DNA of 64,000 nt from Lama glama (GCA_028534125.1 CM052818.1:38442001-38506000), one strand, 5' to 3'. Shown: positions 25,680-46,520, counted from the stretch's first letter. The notes: a model not told the origin generated them from the letters alone. Translations and numbers: made by a program.

Positions 25680-25968
25680 GTGAGAGCATATACAAACCAG
25701 GTTCAGATTTTTTCCCCCTTCCTTTGAAACTCCCTATGAGGCCATTTGTATTGTTTGAGGGAGGGATAGCAGTGTGGAGCAATAGGCTTCTGGTAGTTTG
25801 AGTAACTTTATATTGCAACTTCCTTATGCCTTGGGGGTTTCTTTGGCTTATTTTGTGTATACTATATTCATTTAATAAAAGAGTCCTTTTGGCTTCTGCT
25901 TTTTATACCTAAGGAGTGTGTGGTTTCTGAAAGATTTATGTATTTTTTTCCTTTTCCTATTTACTCAG

Positions 25969-26068
25969 GTGAATAGTCACATGACCCTTTGGGTAAATGC
26001 CATGAAGAATGTTCTTGATATGGTCCAGCACAAGATCCTTTCTTAATAGTACCTGGTCTTCCCTTTAT
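25969..26068 (+). other. TDRD15: Candidate 5'UTR exon of TDRD15 (3' end uncertain)
   Basis: Very strong acceptor tttttttccttttcctatttactcag|. Possible donors at 25993 (GTAAAT) or 26069 (GTAAGG). Confidence 0.4.
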
Positions 26069-27776
26069 GTAAGGAATTACAGGTTTATAAACTGACTGAA
26101 TCTGGGAATCGGGTAAAGGCCTGCGTCTTTAAATAATAACAGCTTAAGAAAGCCTTTTTTGTTTTGAAGTATTTTGGTTTATTCTGATGAGAATCTTCTT
26201 TGTGTTGCCCGTTTATTCTTAAAAGACTCTAGGATCAAGTAAGCATAGCTTGGATCTATATAGATCAAATCATGCTGATTATCACACCTTATTGATTATC
26301 TTGGAAGAAATAAAAACCATATTCAGTACCCAGATGACCCTTAATCTTAGCTGTCTCTAGCTTTCCAGTGTCCTATTTCACTTGTGGACTTGGGTCTTAA
26401 GTTTTAGAGCTTCTGTTCTTTTATCTCTGAGGTAACAGCATTTATACTTTGATAAGATTTTATACTCTTGTCCTTTGTGCTTCTCTTTCATCTTTTTATC
26501 CTTTTCTTCTGAGTTTTTGGATATTGTCTCAAAATTTTCTTCTATTCCATTTGTCTTTATTTTGCATTGAAATTCCCCATTGCAGTTTAAAATCTTAGGT
26601 GTGTGTAGTTATTTCTAATCTCAGTTGTTGCATCTTCATGACTACTTAGTCATATAAAAATGCATTGTTCTCTTTTGGCCTTTTGAAAACAGGAGTCAGA
26701 CTTTTGGAAAACAACTTTTTGCTGTTTTCCTTCAGTATGTTTATTCCTGAGGGGAGAATTTTCTTGGTTTCTTTTAAGTGATTCCCTCATTTTTTTTTTT
26801 ACCCCCAATGTTTTTCTCTTTCTCATCCTCATAGAAAAAAATGATACTTGTCAACTGTTGTTAGAGTCAAGTAGGAGTTGAGCTGTGTCCTGTCAAAATG
26901 ATGTTGATTCTTACCTCAATCTGGGGGCTATTTTATACTTTTTGAATATTTACCTTACAGTTGTTAGAATCTCAACAATCTAGAGAAAATTAGCTGGAGT
27001 CATAGTTATAGTAGAGAGCTTTGCCTCTGTCCTAAAGATTTCTTTTCTTCTCCCCCTCCTTCCACCCTTTTTGTGGGCAGCCATGCCAGTGAAGACCTGG
27101 ATGTGCTTAACTTGCCTCAGTGTCTTTCCATGCCTTGCTTTCCTTACTGATGCCCAGGACTCAGCCTGTTGCCCTCAATCAAAAAAGGATCCTGGAGTTG
27201 TATAATGATGCTGATAGGGTCCAGATATTGCTAATTGACACAGTGGGAAGTGTAAATAGTGTTTCCCCTGTTGGTTCATCATCTACCCTTGCTTCTAGCA
27301 CTCACCTCTGTCAGTTATGGGTTGTTGGAAGAAGTCTGCAAGTTTTCTTATAGGAGGGGGAGGTGTTCTCCAGTAGGCTTTATTTGGCTTCCTTCTGTTA
27401 CACCATTTCAATCCAATATTGAGTAGAAATTTGTTAGTCTGAAAAATAAAGATGGCTTCTTTTCTGTTTTCCAGTTATTATATATATTCTTCCTATTTTT
27501 TTTACATTCTCTTGTTGATTTCAATAGAATTTTTTGACAGTGTGGGAGGCAGTGAACAGTTAGATGCATTTTATTAATCTCTTCATCGTCTTGTCCATAT
27601 TTTATCTCTTCATCATATTGTCCAGTGAATATAATTTTTACCAACATGTTCAGTTGATAAATACAGTCATAGAATTATTTTTAAGGTTTACATTTACAGA
27701 CATCTAAGGCTAATTTCATTTAATTTTGAAAGCTATCTGTCCAGAAGCTAATTAGTTCTTATTATTTGCTTTTTAG

Positions 27777-34046
<6,270 letters not shown>

Positions 34047-35764
34047 CCATTTTTTAAAAGATTTGTTTTTGTAGACTTTGTAGATTCTATTTTTGATTCT
34101 TTAAAAGTTTGTTATTTACTGAAATTATTTAAGTTGAGAATATCCTGCAAGATTTTACTAGAAAATCTGAATAAACGGGTAACTGAAAGTGATCACTTGA
34201 ATTATAAAATGATGCTTCACTATACTTACCTTTTCTGAGAGTGACTTTTGAAAACGTAATGAAAGTAAAGGATTTGAAACGTGTGCATGCATGACATCTT
34301 ACAAATAATTTCAAGGGTTTCAGAGAACTCCTAAAGGCGCATAGATCTCAGGTTGATCTTGCTACTATTAGAGAGCTTCCTGGGCTCATTTTGAAGAATT
34401 AATTTTCTATTATATATTATGGTTCTTATCAGATCAAATATATCTTTAGGTTTTTTGAGTGTGCTTCTGGCACATTGTTAATGCAGTTAAACTTACAGAA
34501 TGAACTGATTCCAGCATATTTTATCTTAAAACCTTTAGACATCAAATTGACTCTAAAATATTTTTTAAATTTAACATTTTATGTGCTAGAGTATTGTCTG
34601 ATTTTGCTTATTCACATGATAATTCATTTTTGATATGGATTAGTTACTGAGGATTTTATAGGCTGTGAAGAATGTTCCCTGCTTAATGACTGTTTGTTCT
34701 GACTATTTGTATATTATTCCATATTGTAACTAGTATCATACCAGGTTATATTCTTTCAATGAATGGAGGTGTCTTGTTTTCATTGATTGTATTTTAGAAA
34801 GAGTATTTCATTTGAATTCATATTAGATATTTTATAGTGAATTGATAAATGCTTTAAAATCGTCCTTTTCCCTTATCTTTTCTTGTAGTAACAGTTATGG
34901 TAGAGTGCTTACCAAGTTCCAGGTACTGTGCAGAGTTTTATATGTATTATCTCACTTAAAGCTTACCAGAACTCCATAAAGTAGGTTGGTATTAAGGTTT
35001 TAAATGGAGCCTGATAACTAGTATCCTACTTCTTTGTCTGAATTCTGAACTGCTTTAAAGACAAGGAGAGAGACTGTTGATGAGCAACACACCTCATTTA
35101 TCTAAAACAAAAACAAAAACATTAGTGATGAATGTGTCTTATATCCTTGGGCAAGTAGTTTTACCAATACAGAATCAATAATTTAGACTTGCCCAAACAG
35201 GAAGTACATTTTGGCACATAAATCTTTTATTATTCCTTTATCTGTGTATATTCTACCTTTGTTTTTACCATCAAATTCTTTAAGATCCCACTTTTGGTCC
35301 CCACCTCTAGCCCACCTCCTGCATTTCTTAGCACACAGTGAATCAATAAGTGAATTAAAGTGAAAATCACAGTTACAAAAGGAGTTAGAGAACCAAACAT
35401 GAAATTATACTTCTAAAAAAAAATGTGAAGTCCTGTTTAAGAAAAAATCGTAACTTTGGCAAGACAAATGAAAGAAAACGTGGTTTCATGGACTTAGCCT
35501 GATAAACTTGCTATAATCATTGTTTTAAAACAAAACAAAATAAGAAAACAACATAAAAAAACTGGTTTAATTGCTTTCAGTACCATTCAAGCTCCTTCCA
35601 CCTGTATTACTTGTCTAAGGGCAGTGGTGACCACTTCTGTTTGTTATTATTGCCTGCAGGTGCTCTGAGTCTAGAGCAAAATACTTTTAGTAGTTTTTGT
35701 TTGAAGATATCAATAATTGAAACTCTCTTGCCTGTGAAAAATGTTAGCAGAGGGGCTCTAACAT

Positions 35765-35935
35765 CAGTGCTTTTCAACCTAGACTTTGCATTAGCATTAA
35801 GAAAGGAAGTTTAAAAAAAAATTCTGATACCTGGGTCTTACTTTTGGAGCTTGTTTTAGTTGGTCAGGTAGTTGCCTTGCCATTAGGGTTTTAAAGCTTC
35901 CCAGTTGATTCTAATGTACAGCCAAGAACCACTAT
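35765..35935. mobile_element. MER5-like hAT-Charlie MITE
   Basis: cagtgcttttcaacct ... ttttaaagcttcccagttgattctaatgtacagccaagaaccact. Confidence 0.7.
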
Positions 35936-36624
35936 TCTAGAGAGTATTGTGGATAGCTTTCTAAATTTGTGACAGAAAAAATAATTCTGGATTTCATGTG
36001 TGAAAAATCTGTCCTGAATTTGGAGTCCAGGATATGTATAACGAGTCCCAGTAATCCTGTGCTTAACTTAATTCAGAGTAAAAGACATTGTGTTAAAACT
36101 TGCCTAGACATATAACACATTTCTTTCCCAGGTATTGTTTTAGTTATAGAAGTTGCTGACTCTTACATTTAGAAAACTGGCTTAACTTTTCTCATAGATC
36201 CAGCCTACTAACATATCAGTAAATAAATTTTAAGTTTTTTTTTATTTGCAGACTGTTTTCTCCGAAATAAAAATGACTAGTCTTTTTTCCAGGTTTTTTT
36301 ATTGTTGTAATTGATTGATTACTTGCTTGCTTATTCTTGAATAGATCACGCGGGAACTAGAGACGCAACAATCCTTTAGAAAGGCAAAAAATATCTAGTT
36401 ACTCTGGTAATGAGGAAGTGCTTGATGTTTATGTGCTACCTTCTACAGTTTATTTAACTGGAAGGTACCTTTGAAATAAGTCTGGAATGGCAGTCCAATT
36501 TTAGACAAAGTTTTGCCTGATATTTAAAAATTTGAGACAATGTCTAGACATCCAGAGGGGAGTGGCTGACAGGCATACAAAATGTAGGCCTGAACTTTGA
36601 AAATACTGCAGTGTAATACTTATT

Positions 36625-36850
36625 AGATCTAGCATGGTAGTTTAAAGTATGAGCACTGAGGCTCTACTCCTTGAGTTTGAATTCCTGCTTTCTTCTTTTT
36701 AACTGAAACTGTTGGTAAGCTTTTTAGGTGATCTCTTCCTCAGTTTCTTCATCTGTAAAATGGAGATCGTCATAATAACTACTCCATTGTGAGGATTAAG
36801 TAAAACATGTAAAGCATTTTCACTAGTACCTGGTGCATAGTAAATGCTCC
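36625..36850 (+). mobile_element. MIR SINE
   Basis: Core cctcagtttcttcatctgtaaaatggag..gtacctggtgcatagtaaatgctc. Confidence 0.85.
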
Positions 36851-37340
36851 CTTTTAGAAAAGCCAGTAATCATCATAATAAAGCTACTGTATTTTGAAAA
36901 TACTGTAAAATAGAAACTTAATTTCTGATGCAGCTGTGTAAGAAACAAATATTTAGAACAACGTATACATATGCACACACCATGTTTGCAATGTAATGGT
37001 AGATTAATGGTTAAATTTCTGTTTTGAAGATAGGATTTATGATTATGTTCTAAATAAATACTAGAATAAGCTGTATGTGTTTTTTCCACAGTGATTATAT
37101 ATATTGTTTAAGAAAAGCTATTTTAAATTGTTATGTATGTATAATTTTATGTATATATGTTATATGTATAATTTGTACTGTATTTTTTTCTTTTACTTTT
37201 TATATTGGGGCTTTTAGGACTTGTTAAATAAAAATTCTGTTTATAGTAGGAATTTTTCAAAATCTTGAATAACTATTACTAAAACTCACAATGATCTGAA
37301 AATTATATTCCAACATACTTAATTTTTGCTTTTCTTTCAG

Positions 37341-37399
37341 TAGAGAGAGATGAAAGTTCAGATTGTTTATGCATCAGTTTGGCAACAAATGATACATAG
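37341..37399 (+). CDS. TDRD15: Candidate terminal coding exon of TDRD15 (phase 1: VERDESSDCLCISLATNDT*)
   Basis: Strong acceptor aatttttgcttttctttcag|. It reads in frame with the phase-1 donor at 34038 and is followed by an AT-rich tract with AATAAA at 38926, 39227 and 39646. A competing acceptor exists at 36251/36252. Confidence 0.45.
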
Positions 37400-37954
37400 G
37401 ATACACAGTAATGACTGTTTTTAGATGCTCCAGATATATTATAAAAGTGGTAAGCATAGAAGAACTTCTAATATTAAAGCATGTTAAGATAATCTAGAGT
37501 GTTCAAATTATTTTCCCAGGAGACAGTGATTAGAATGTTAGAGAAATTATGTGACCAAGAATTGTGTGATTATTTGATTTCAAAAAGATTACTTAGGAAA
37601 TGTGATTCACCCCTAAATTATCTTAAACATTTTATGTGATAAATAATTCTTTGCATGTGCTTTCAGTCATTAGATTATACCATTTTATCTTTACCTTCAA
37701 TGTTTTTCAGCTGTCTTTTCTGACTAAAGACTTTGTTTCAGTTGCTACTTTGTAGGGTTATAATTGCAGTCAGTGGATAATACATAGAGTTAATGTTACA
37801 TAACCATAGTCCTTGGAAAATACAGGTAGGTGCTTTTATGACTAACATTTATCAAAAGGGTATAGAAGAGAGGTCAGACTTAATCTCATCTTTACATCTC
37901 TTTAGTTCATACTGTGGTGTTTTTCTTTCTTTCATTTTATTTTATAGTTCTGTC

Positions 37955-38053
37955 TTTTTTCCCCCCCCCCTTTAATGGAGACACTGGGGATTGAACCCAG
38001 GACCCCATGCATATGAAGTATGTGCTCTACCACTGAGCTGTACCACCCACTCC
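37955..38053 (-). mobile_element. tRNA-derived camelid SINE (vic-1-like)
   Basis: ggggattgaacccagg..gctctaccactgagct, the reverse complement of the B and A boxes. Confidence 0.85.
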
Positions 38054-40044
38054 TCTAGACATGTCTGTTTTTAATTTGGTTTTGTATTTTTGGTTTATTA
38101 CTTAGTTGTGGACATTTGTGACATTAAGGAACATTACTATCTAGTGGTTGGGGGCTAGATGTTGTCAGAGTATTATTTTGGTGCAAAGATAGAACCATAA
38201 GATTATCTAAGTGTACTTAGGGGTCAGTTTTAGTCAAATAGTTTTGAAAACTAGTGAGTTAAATAATTTGGGGAAGATTTAACTTTCCTAAGCTAATTAG
38301 GGACAATAAAGTTAATCATTTGTACATGTATATTGAGTCTGTGTTGATACTGTTATTTTTTGAGGCTGGGAAATAATTTCCAGAAACACTGTTTATGAAT
38401 GTATTTGAGTTTAAATTTGGTATCCTGAAAGTTAGTTTATCCAAGGCAGGGAAACATCATGTATATTTTTATATTATGAGTTAATACCTAATTTTTGGTT
38501 ATTTTAGCACAGGGAATTTAACATTTACTTGTTGTAATCTAATTTCCTTGAATAGTTTTGTGTCATCTTCCCCAAAACCTCACCAGATTTTGAAGAGTAT
38601 TTTCTACAGTTGCTTCATTTGGAAAAGTAATTCACTTACACAACTACTATGACTGCTGTATCACTGAGTTGCTTTTGTTGTTTTGTTTTGGTACTGTAAG
38701 ATATGGCAAAGTTAATGATTTGGTTAGTATAAAAAATTAATTTGAATATGAAAGTAAGATAAAGTAATAATGATTTTTTTTTTGGTACCAGTTTAATCAG
38801 GAAGGGCTACATACCCCTTTAGTTTTTCAGAGTTCTTTTAACTTACATCTTCATGTATAATATTTTATGTTTGGAAATGACTAGAAATAGATTAACTTCA
38901 CAAATTTATTTATGATATTTAAATTAATAAATACTACAGAAAATGATGTTTTTGCAAGTCTACATTTCAGTTAATTCTTAATTGATTCACAAAGTACTTG
39001 TGTGCCCAGAGTTTTCAGCAGACATTTAAAAGGCCAGTACAGAAAGTAGCTGAAAAGAGGATTAAAATTAGGTGTCCTTCTGTTAAGATAAATAATGCTT
39101 ACTTTAAAACTAATTCGTTTTTTTCCTGAAAGTACGTCATTTTTGCCCTATATTAAGGTATTTTATTATACTGCAAAATTACAACATGGAGGATTTATAG
39201 TAATAGTTTTATTCAGAGTACTTTTGAATAAAAACAAAAGCATATTTATCTTAGGATTTGTATTTTCATAGGATAAAGTTTCATATTATGCAGCTAATAA
39301 TAGTCAATATTAGAATGCTTTTTTCTGCCCTAAAACACTTGTATTTAAGTTAGTAGAATCTATTATTTCATAAATGTTGGCAACAGACTATTGGTGAAAA
39401 ATTTGGAGAGTAGTAGAACATTTTAATTTCTTTGAATGAAATATTCAAAGTTGAGGATTATTTAATTTTACTTATTTTTATTTCTAGTGTTGCTTTATTT
39501 ATATAAATTAAAGAGATTTTTCAAACTTATGTGAAAGTGGTTTTAGAAAAATGGTTTGATTCATTATAAAAATAATTATGATTACTGATACTTGTTTTTT
39601 AAGAATATTCACATCATGCATTTTCAAGGGTATATATCAATACAAAATAAAAACTCTCAGATCAGTAACTGTTATATAAAGACATTATTTAGCCATTTGT
39701 ATTTTCCTGGCATGATCACTTTGATTCTAAGTTCTTCTGTATGAAATGCCGAGTTGGTTAAATTTCAGTGTCTGTTTTTAAATGTTTACTTTTTCATCTG
39801 TGTTTATTAACTAACTTAAGTTTTTCTGATTTTACTAAGAGTGTTGAACTCTAATATCACTTAGAAAACCTTCTTAAATATTGTTGCTGAATTTATTTGT
39901 GTACACCCAAAGGAAATTATTTTTGTTTATTGAATGCTTTGAGTTAAATTTTTTCACAATGAAATAATTTTAAGTGTTACTTCCCTAAATTAAACAGTAT
40001 ATGTGCATGTGTGTGTTTTAACAATAACATGCCATGTGCATATT

Positions 40045-40205
40045 GTGACTGCTGATGGGTATAGAGCTTCTCTTTTGGGTGATGAAAAATGTTCTTAAGT
40101 TAATTCGTGATTAGTGATCGCACAACTCTGAATATACTGAAACCCACTGAGTTGTATACTTTAAAAGGTGGCTTTCGTGACAAGTGAAATCTCAGGCTGT
40201 TTGAA
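40045..40205 (+). mobile_element. L1MB-like 3' fragment
   Basis: gtgactgctgatgggtatagag..gggtgatgaaaaatgttct..cacaactctgaatatact. Confidence 0.7.
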
Positions 40206-40572
40206 AATTACATATGTGAAGGTTATGTATAACTTATGAATTCAGTAAGTTATCTGTTGAGACTATTAAAAGAAGAAAAGAGAAATGTGATAATTCTGGT
40301 ATCTATTGCAGGGATTTCAAAATTAAAATTAATGGAAATGAAATATCAAACATCAAGGTTAAAGGAAAACCTAGAAAGGGGAAAATAGCATCCTTAGCCT
40401 AGAGCATTCTATGCACATCATCATTAGCTATTGGTGCAATGCATTTTTAAACCTTTATTATTTTTGTATGTAGCATAAAAAAGTGTGGACTGCAAAAGGG
40501 TACAGCTGGAGGGTTTGTTTCTGATTGAACACCCATGTAACCACTATGCAGTTCAGTAATAGAATATTGCCA

Positions 40573-41072
40573 NNNNNNNNNNNNNNNNNNNNNNNNNNNN
40601 NNNNNNNNNNNNNNNNNNNNNNNNNNNNNNNNNNNNNNNNNNNNNNNNNNNNNNNNNNNNNNNNNNNNNNNNNNNNNNNNNNNNNNNNNNNNNNNNNNNN
40701 NNNNNNNNNNNNNNNNNNNNNNNNNNNNNNNNNNNNNNNNNNNNNNNNNNNNNNNNNNNNNNNNNNNNNNNNNNNNNNNNNNNNNNNNNNNNNNNNNNNN
40801 NNNNNNNNNNNNNNNNNNNNNNNNNNNNNNNNNNNNNNNNNNNNNNNNNNNNNNNNNNNNNNNNNNNNNNNNNNNNNNNNNNNNNNNNNNNNNNNNNNNN
40901 NNNNNNNNNNNNNNNNNNNNNNNNNNNNNNNNNNNNNNNNNNNNNNNNNNNNNNNNNNNNNNNNNNNNNNNNNNNNNNNNNNNNNNNNNNNNNNNNNNNN
41001 NNNNNNNNNNNNNNNNNNNNNNNNNNNNNNNNNNNNNNNNNNNNNNNNNNNNNNNNNNNNNNNNNNNNNNNN
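40573..41072. other. Assembly gap (500 N)
   Basis: Run of N. Confidence 1.
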
Positions 41073-43118
41073 GAAGGATACCATTAGCTCATTTATCGTG
41101 TAGATTTGTTTTTGAGGATTAAAAGAGAATGAACATCTGGTAATGAATAAAGAGGGACATAAGTGGGAGATTTAGCATTAGTTTGAAGGGTATGTGTGGA
41201 ACAAAAATGAAAAAATATGAAGACACATCAGTTATGATGCATTTACAACACTTCTTCATCTCCAGGCCAGCAACCACTTGTGTCCTGCCATCCCACATAT
41301 GCCCTAAGCATGTCTCCTCATACTTAGGTCCTGCTCAGAGTCATTGGGTAGCATCTCCAGCAGTTTGTTCAATGTCTGATCAATAAATGATTCTGAAAGT
41401 AAAGGAAAAGTTTAAGGATAACCCTTAATCATAAGGAAAATACTGAGTTCTGTTCATTATTCACTGAGGAGGATGTCCTCATTATACAAAAATTTTTTTT
41501 AAAATGACAAAGTGAATAAAAATGTTGGTGTTAAAAAAGAATAACCATAGAGAAAGCAGCTCTAGGGTAAAACCATTCAGAGAAGTCTAGGGAAGTTTAG
41601 AATTTGATATCTATTTTTGTGAAGATGGGCAATGATTGGTTTTATTACAGTATTTCATACGTTTTTGAAAAAAAAAATTAAGAATCTAAAAAAGTTGAAT
41701 TTTAAACATAAAAACAATGTGCTGTACAAAAGGTCTTTGAAATAAGAGACAACGGAGAGAAGTTGATTGTAATGAAATTTTATCTCTAGGGGCATATACA
41801 ATCCAGCTCCTCCTAAGCTAAAAAAGCACTTTTTTTTAGCTTAGGTCTTAGTCATTTGTGTGTATTCAGAGTATTTTATTCTAAGATTACATAGGTGGCT
41901 GAGTAAACTTCTTGGTGTCTGTAGATTTTATCATTTACTGGAATATTTGTATATAAATGTTTTCATCAAATTATCAGATCAGTGACACTTTATGGAACAT
42001 GAAGAGATGAATTAATAAATTCGTTTGAAGAGAGGAAAAATGTTTCATTGCTCCAGAGTTCTTAAATATTGAACTTTGTTTTCTGAAGTGATATAAAAAT
42101 ATATTTCTAATGGTAGAACTATATAAACATATGAAAGAATAAAGATAAGATTATATCAAGGAGTTAGAGAAGATGAGACTTGGAGACTGTACCAAGTGGT
42201 ACAGGGTCTTAAGAAGTTTAGCTTGGGTGGAACCTCAGAGATCATCTGGTGTTTATTTAACCTGTTAATCTTATTTTCAGAGGAGTTAGGTACCAAGAAT
42301 CCCTCCAGTTTCTTAGGAACCCCTCCTATTCCTTCGTAATGAGGAATCTGACCTATAGACAGTGGTTAACCACTGGAGATTTTGAGCTGAATTTGAAGAG
42401 TAGCACAATTATGATTGTTTTGGGGAGATCTTTTGTGGTGATACAGTATCAATCAGGCTAAAGATCCTTAAGGCCAGCCTTAAGAGAGATTTAGGAGTCG
42501 CTTGTAATGTGTCGGATCTGAGATGATAAATGTCAGGACAAGGGTGCTGTCCAAGGAAATGAGGGAGAAAGGGACAGAAGTGGGACTAATGGCTTGGAGG
42601 CTCTTGATTTATAAATACTACAGTAGCCTTGCCTCTGCTGCTGACGGTGGCTTTGCTTCCTTCATGTTTCATCATCTGAAAAATGGAGTTGCACTGGATG
42701 ATCACTGATGGCTCTGGCATCTGTGACTGAAATGAACATCTGGAAGTGGAAGGTCAGGACTAGAGACACAGTGCGGACCATATGCCCCGTCGAAGCTAGT
42801 GCAGTCCTGTTCTCTCCTGAGAATCACAGGGATTGGGAGTTTGTAGCTGAGTTGTGTTAATGGTGGAAGGTTAAACAGAATGTCTGTGCATTCTTGCCAT
42901 TGAGATCCCAAAGTTTCTAAGGATTGTTTAAATTTGCCCTGGAAATGCCCTGTATTCTTCCAGAAAGTTTTCCTTTGTAACTTAAACTAGCATAACTTGA
43001 TTGCTTATGCTTTCAAACAAAGATTTTAACTGAACAATGCTTAGTAGGCTAGACAGGAGAAATTTTCTGGTTGTCTTTGAGGAGTGTGCTCCATCAGAGG
43101 AATGTTGCCTACTATCTG

Positions 43119-43119
<1 letters not shown>

Positions 43120-43158
<39 letters not shown>
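43120..43158. repeat. (CA)n microsatellite
   Basis: Direct reading. Confidence 0.97.
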
Positions 43159-43159
<1 letters not shown>

Positions 43160-43209
43160 AGAAAGTTTATAATTAGGTTATGAAACTTTTGAGTCACTTG
43201 TCAGCAAAG

Positions 43210-43909
43210 CACATTTATCCTGAATAGTGATAATGTCAAGCAACAGAGGCAAAAAATTAAAAAGTGGGACTACGTCAAACTAAAAAGCTTCTGCACAGCA
43301 AAGGAAACAGTCAATGAAATGAAAACACAACCTATGGAATAGCATAAAATATTTCCAAATCATATATCTGATAAAGGATTAACATCCAGAATATGTAAAG
43401 AACTCACACAACTCAAAAGCAAAAACAAACAATCTGATTTTAAAATGGACAGAGGATCTGAATAGGCATTTCTTCAAAGAAGGTTTACAAATGACAAACA
43501 GACACACGAAAAGGTGCTCAACATCTGTAGCCATCAGTGGAATGCAAATCAGAGCCACGGTAAATCATCTCACACTTGTAAGAGTGGCTGTCCTCGTAAA
43601 GGTAAGGGTTAAGTGTTGGTAAGGATGTGAAGAAAGGGGATCCTTGCGCACTGTTGGTGGGAATGTAAATTGGTGCAGCCGCTGTGGAAAACAGTGTGGA
43701 GGTTCTTCAAAAAATTAAAAATAGAACTGCAGTATGATCCAGCAATCCTGCTATTGGGTGTATAGCCAAAGGAAATGAAAATAGGATATCAAAAAGGTAT
43801 CTGCACCCCCATGTTCTTTGCAGCATTGTTCACAATAGCACATATAACAACCTAAGGTTCATCAACAGATGAATGGATAAAGAAGGTGTGATGTGGTGTG
43901 GGATGTGTG

Positions 43910-43952
<43 letters not shown>

Positions 43953-44470
43953 GGAATATTGTTCTGCCATGAAAAAGAAGGAAATCCTGCCTTTTGCAGC
44001 AACACGAATGGAACTTGAAGACATAATGCTAAGCGGAATAAGTTAGAGAGAGAAAGATTAACTGCATGGTATAATTCACAAGTAGAATCTTTATTTTTAA
44101 AAAGTCAAATTAATAGAAACAGAAAGAAAAGAAGTGATTACCAGGGACTTGGTGCGGGGAGGTGGGTAGGGGGATAAGGAGATATTAATACAAGGGTGCA
44201 AATTTTTAGCTATAAAATGAAGAAGAATCGAATGTACAATGCGATGACTGTAGTTGAAAACACTGTCTTGTATAATTAAAATTTGCTAAGAGAGTAGAAT
44301 TTAAATATTCTCACCATATATTTATTTTTAACATAAAAATATGTGAGGTGATGGTTGTGTTAATTAGCTAGATGGGAAGAATCGTTTTACAATGTATACA
44401 TATATCAAATCATCACGTTGTATACTTTATCTTACAATTCTGTTTGTCAATTATAACTCAAGAAAGTGGA
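43210..44470 (+). mobile_element. L1MA-like ORF2 end and 3'UTR containing a (TG)n tract at 43912-43951
   Basis: gggactacgtcaaactaaaaagcttctgcacagcaaagg..ctgttggtgggaatgtaaattggtgcagcc..tcaattataactcaagaaag. Confidence 0.9.
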
Positions 44471-45381
44471 GAAGGAAAAAAAAAAGACCAGATTCAGATA
44501 ACTGGCTTGGCCACTTCCCAGCTGTGTAGCTCTTAGTTGCAGGCTGCCCAACCAAGACAGCCTTCAGCATTATGATGTCACCCCACTGCCTCGGGCTGAT
44601 GCTACTGTCCTCCCTGGGAAAGCAATTGGGAAAGGATGACGCAGCAGGTCCTAGCTTCATCCTTCCTTCGGTTGTATTTTTATGTGTTTTGTATTTTGAA
44701 GCCTCCATTTTGTGGGGCTCTCAGTACACTGAGTTCCTTACCCAGGAGGCGGACTTCAGTCAAAATTTACACTGTATTAGGGACACTTAACTCAATTCCA
44801 AAGCAATTTCAGCTCCCCGATCTCACCTCTAGCTTAGCGCCCCCTTAGAATAATATGGGCAGTAAAAGAGGGAAAAACTAGAATCTTCCTCTCTTCCGCT
44901 CTCTCCTAAACGTTGTTTTCGACATCTTCACATTTCAAGACACCATTGCCTGCCTGTACCCAGCACCCTGCTATTTCCCCAAGGACCCTCGGGGAGATGT
45001 GTGTATGTTGATAAGGAAGCAGCAAAGCCCATGTTTGACCAGTTTTGGAAGCTGTCCGCATTTTCAACCATTAGCTCAAAAAAGAAAGTAATGTGACCAA
45101 GACCTTACAGTGAGAGACCTATCAAGGGTTTTGAAAAGGGTTGCTGGTCATTTATCAAGGTGGGTAGGTGTATGAGGATTGTTAGTGAGAGAATAAATTG
45201 ATGCAGGAGTATAGGGGGCAATTTGATAATAATATCTGCCATCACTTCGTAGCTGTGTGATGCTGAGCTTTGTTCTCCTCCTTGGCAAAATGGGGATGCT
45301 AACACCCACCTCCTAGTTTTGTTTCAAACATTAAGTGTAACACAGTGCCTAGCATTTAGTTAGTGCTTAAATATCACCTCC

Positions 45382-45745
45382 TGTTTTAGTCATCTTGGGC
45401 TGCCATAACAAAATACCTTAACTTAAGCAAATTTCTCTCTCAATTTTCTGGAAGTCCCAGATCAAGGTGCTATCAAGATAACTTCATTATAAGCCTCTTT
45501 TCCTAGCTTATAGGCAGCCAACATCCTACTTTGTGTCCATGTGACCTCTTCTTTGTGTGTCCAGGGAGGGAGTGGGAAGGGGCCCTCTGATGTCTCTAGA
45601 TCACTAACCCCATCATGGGGGCCCCACCCTCATGATCTCATCTAACCCTAGTGACGTCCAAAAGTTCTCATCTCCAAATACCACTGAATGGGGGTGTTAG
45701 AGCTCTCACTTACAAATTTGGAGACACAAGCATTCAGTCCATAGA
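45382..45745 (-). mobile_element. MLT1A-like MaLR LTR
   Basis: tgggctgccataacaaaatacc..gggccccaccctcatgatctcatctaaccct..cattcagtccatag. Confidence 0.85.
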
Positions 45746-46249
45746 CCCTCCACATGTATAGGCATACTTTAAAGGGAGGGGAAAAAACACCTAGACTTTG
45801 GTTTCTATTGAAACAGATGCGAAGAAATCTATTCCAGGATTTCATTTTCAGCTGGAATTTCATTTTTAACTTGGAGAATTCGTTTCAGAGTTTTCTTTTT
45901 ACGCCCTGAGGCAGGGACAGGATTATCCTACCAAGCACATAGCAGGTTTTCTGTCCCTCTCAGAGGTATGGAAAGGAACCCTTTCCTCACTGATTCTTTT
46001 CAGAGACAATAAAGGGAGGGGTGATGGGGGCACAAAGCCAAGTGAGCTTTGGCCACAGGATAGTTCGTGCAACGTGTAACTAAAATATGCCTTAGGCTTT
46101 CTTGGCAAACTATCCAGGAGGTGGAAACACACCACAATTCTCTTACACATCTGCCTTCATTCTGGTCTGAATGCAGTCACTTTGGTAGTAATGAGAATTT
46201 TCTATGAGAATGATTGCTTTCCTCTCCAGATTCTAACTTTGAACCTCAT

Positions 46250-46520
46250 TGTGCTAAGCAAAAGAGCCCCTACTGTGTGTCCATTATTATGAGGTTCTAA
46301 AATAGACAAAACTAGTCTACAGTGATAGAAATCAGCACTCTGGTTGCCTCAGGTAGGGTGGGAATTGAGTGGGCAGGGCCACCAGGGAAGTTTCTGGAGT
46401 AATGGAAGTAATCTATAGCCTAATAAGGGTGAGGGCTTATGCATTTGTCAAAGCTCAGCAAACTGTGCCTTTAAGATGTGTTCATTTCACTGTAAATGGC
46501 ACTTGTTATAAAAATAAATT
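46250..46520 (+). mobile_element. Old L1 3' fragment
   Basis: acagtgatagaaatcag..gcatttgtcaaagctcagcaaactgtgc. Confidence 0.7.

Noticed and set aside
26200..27650. T-rich intronic stretch resembling very old L1/HAL1
   Set aside because: Too decayed for me to assign a family or boundaries.
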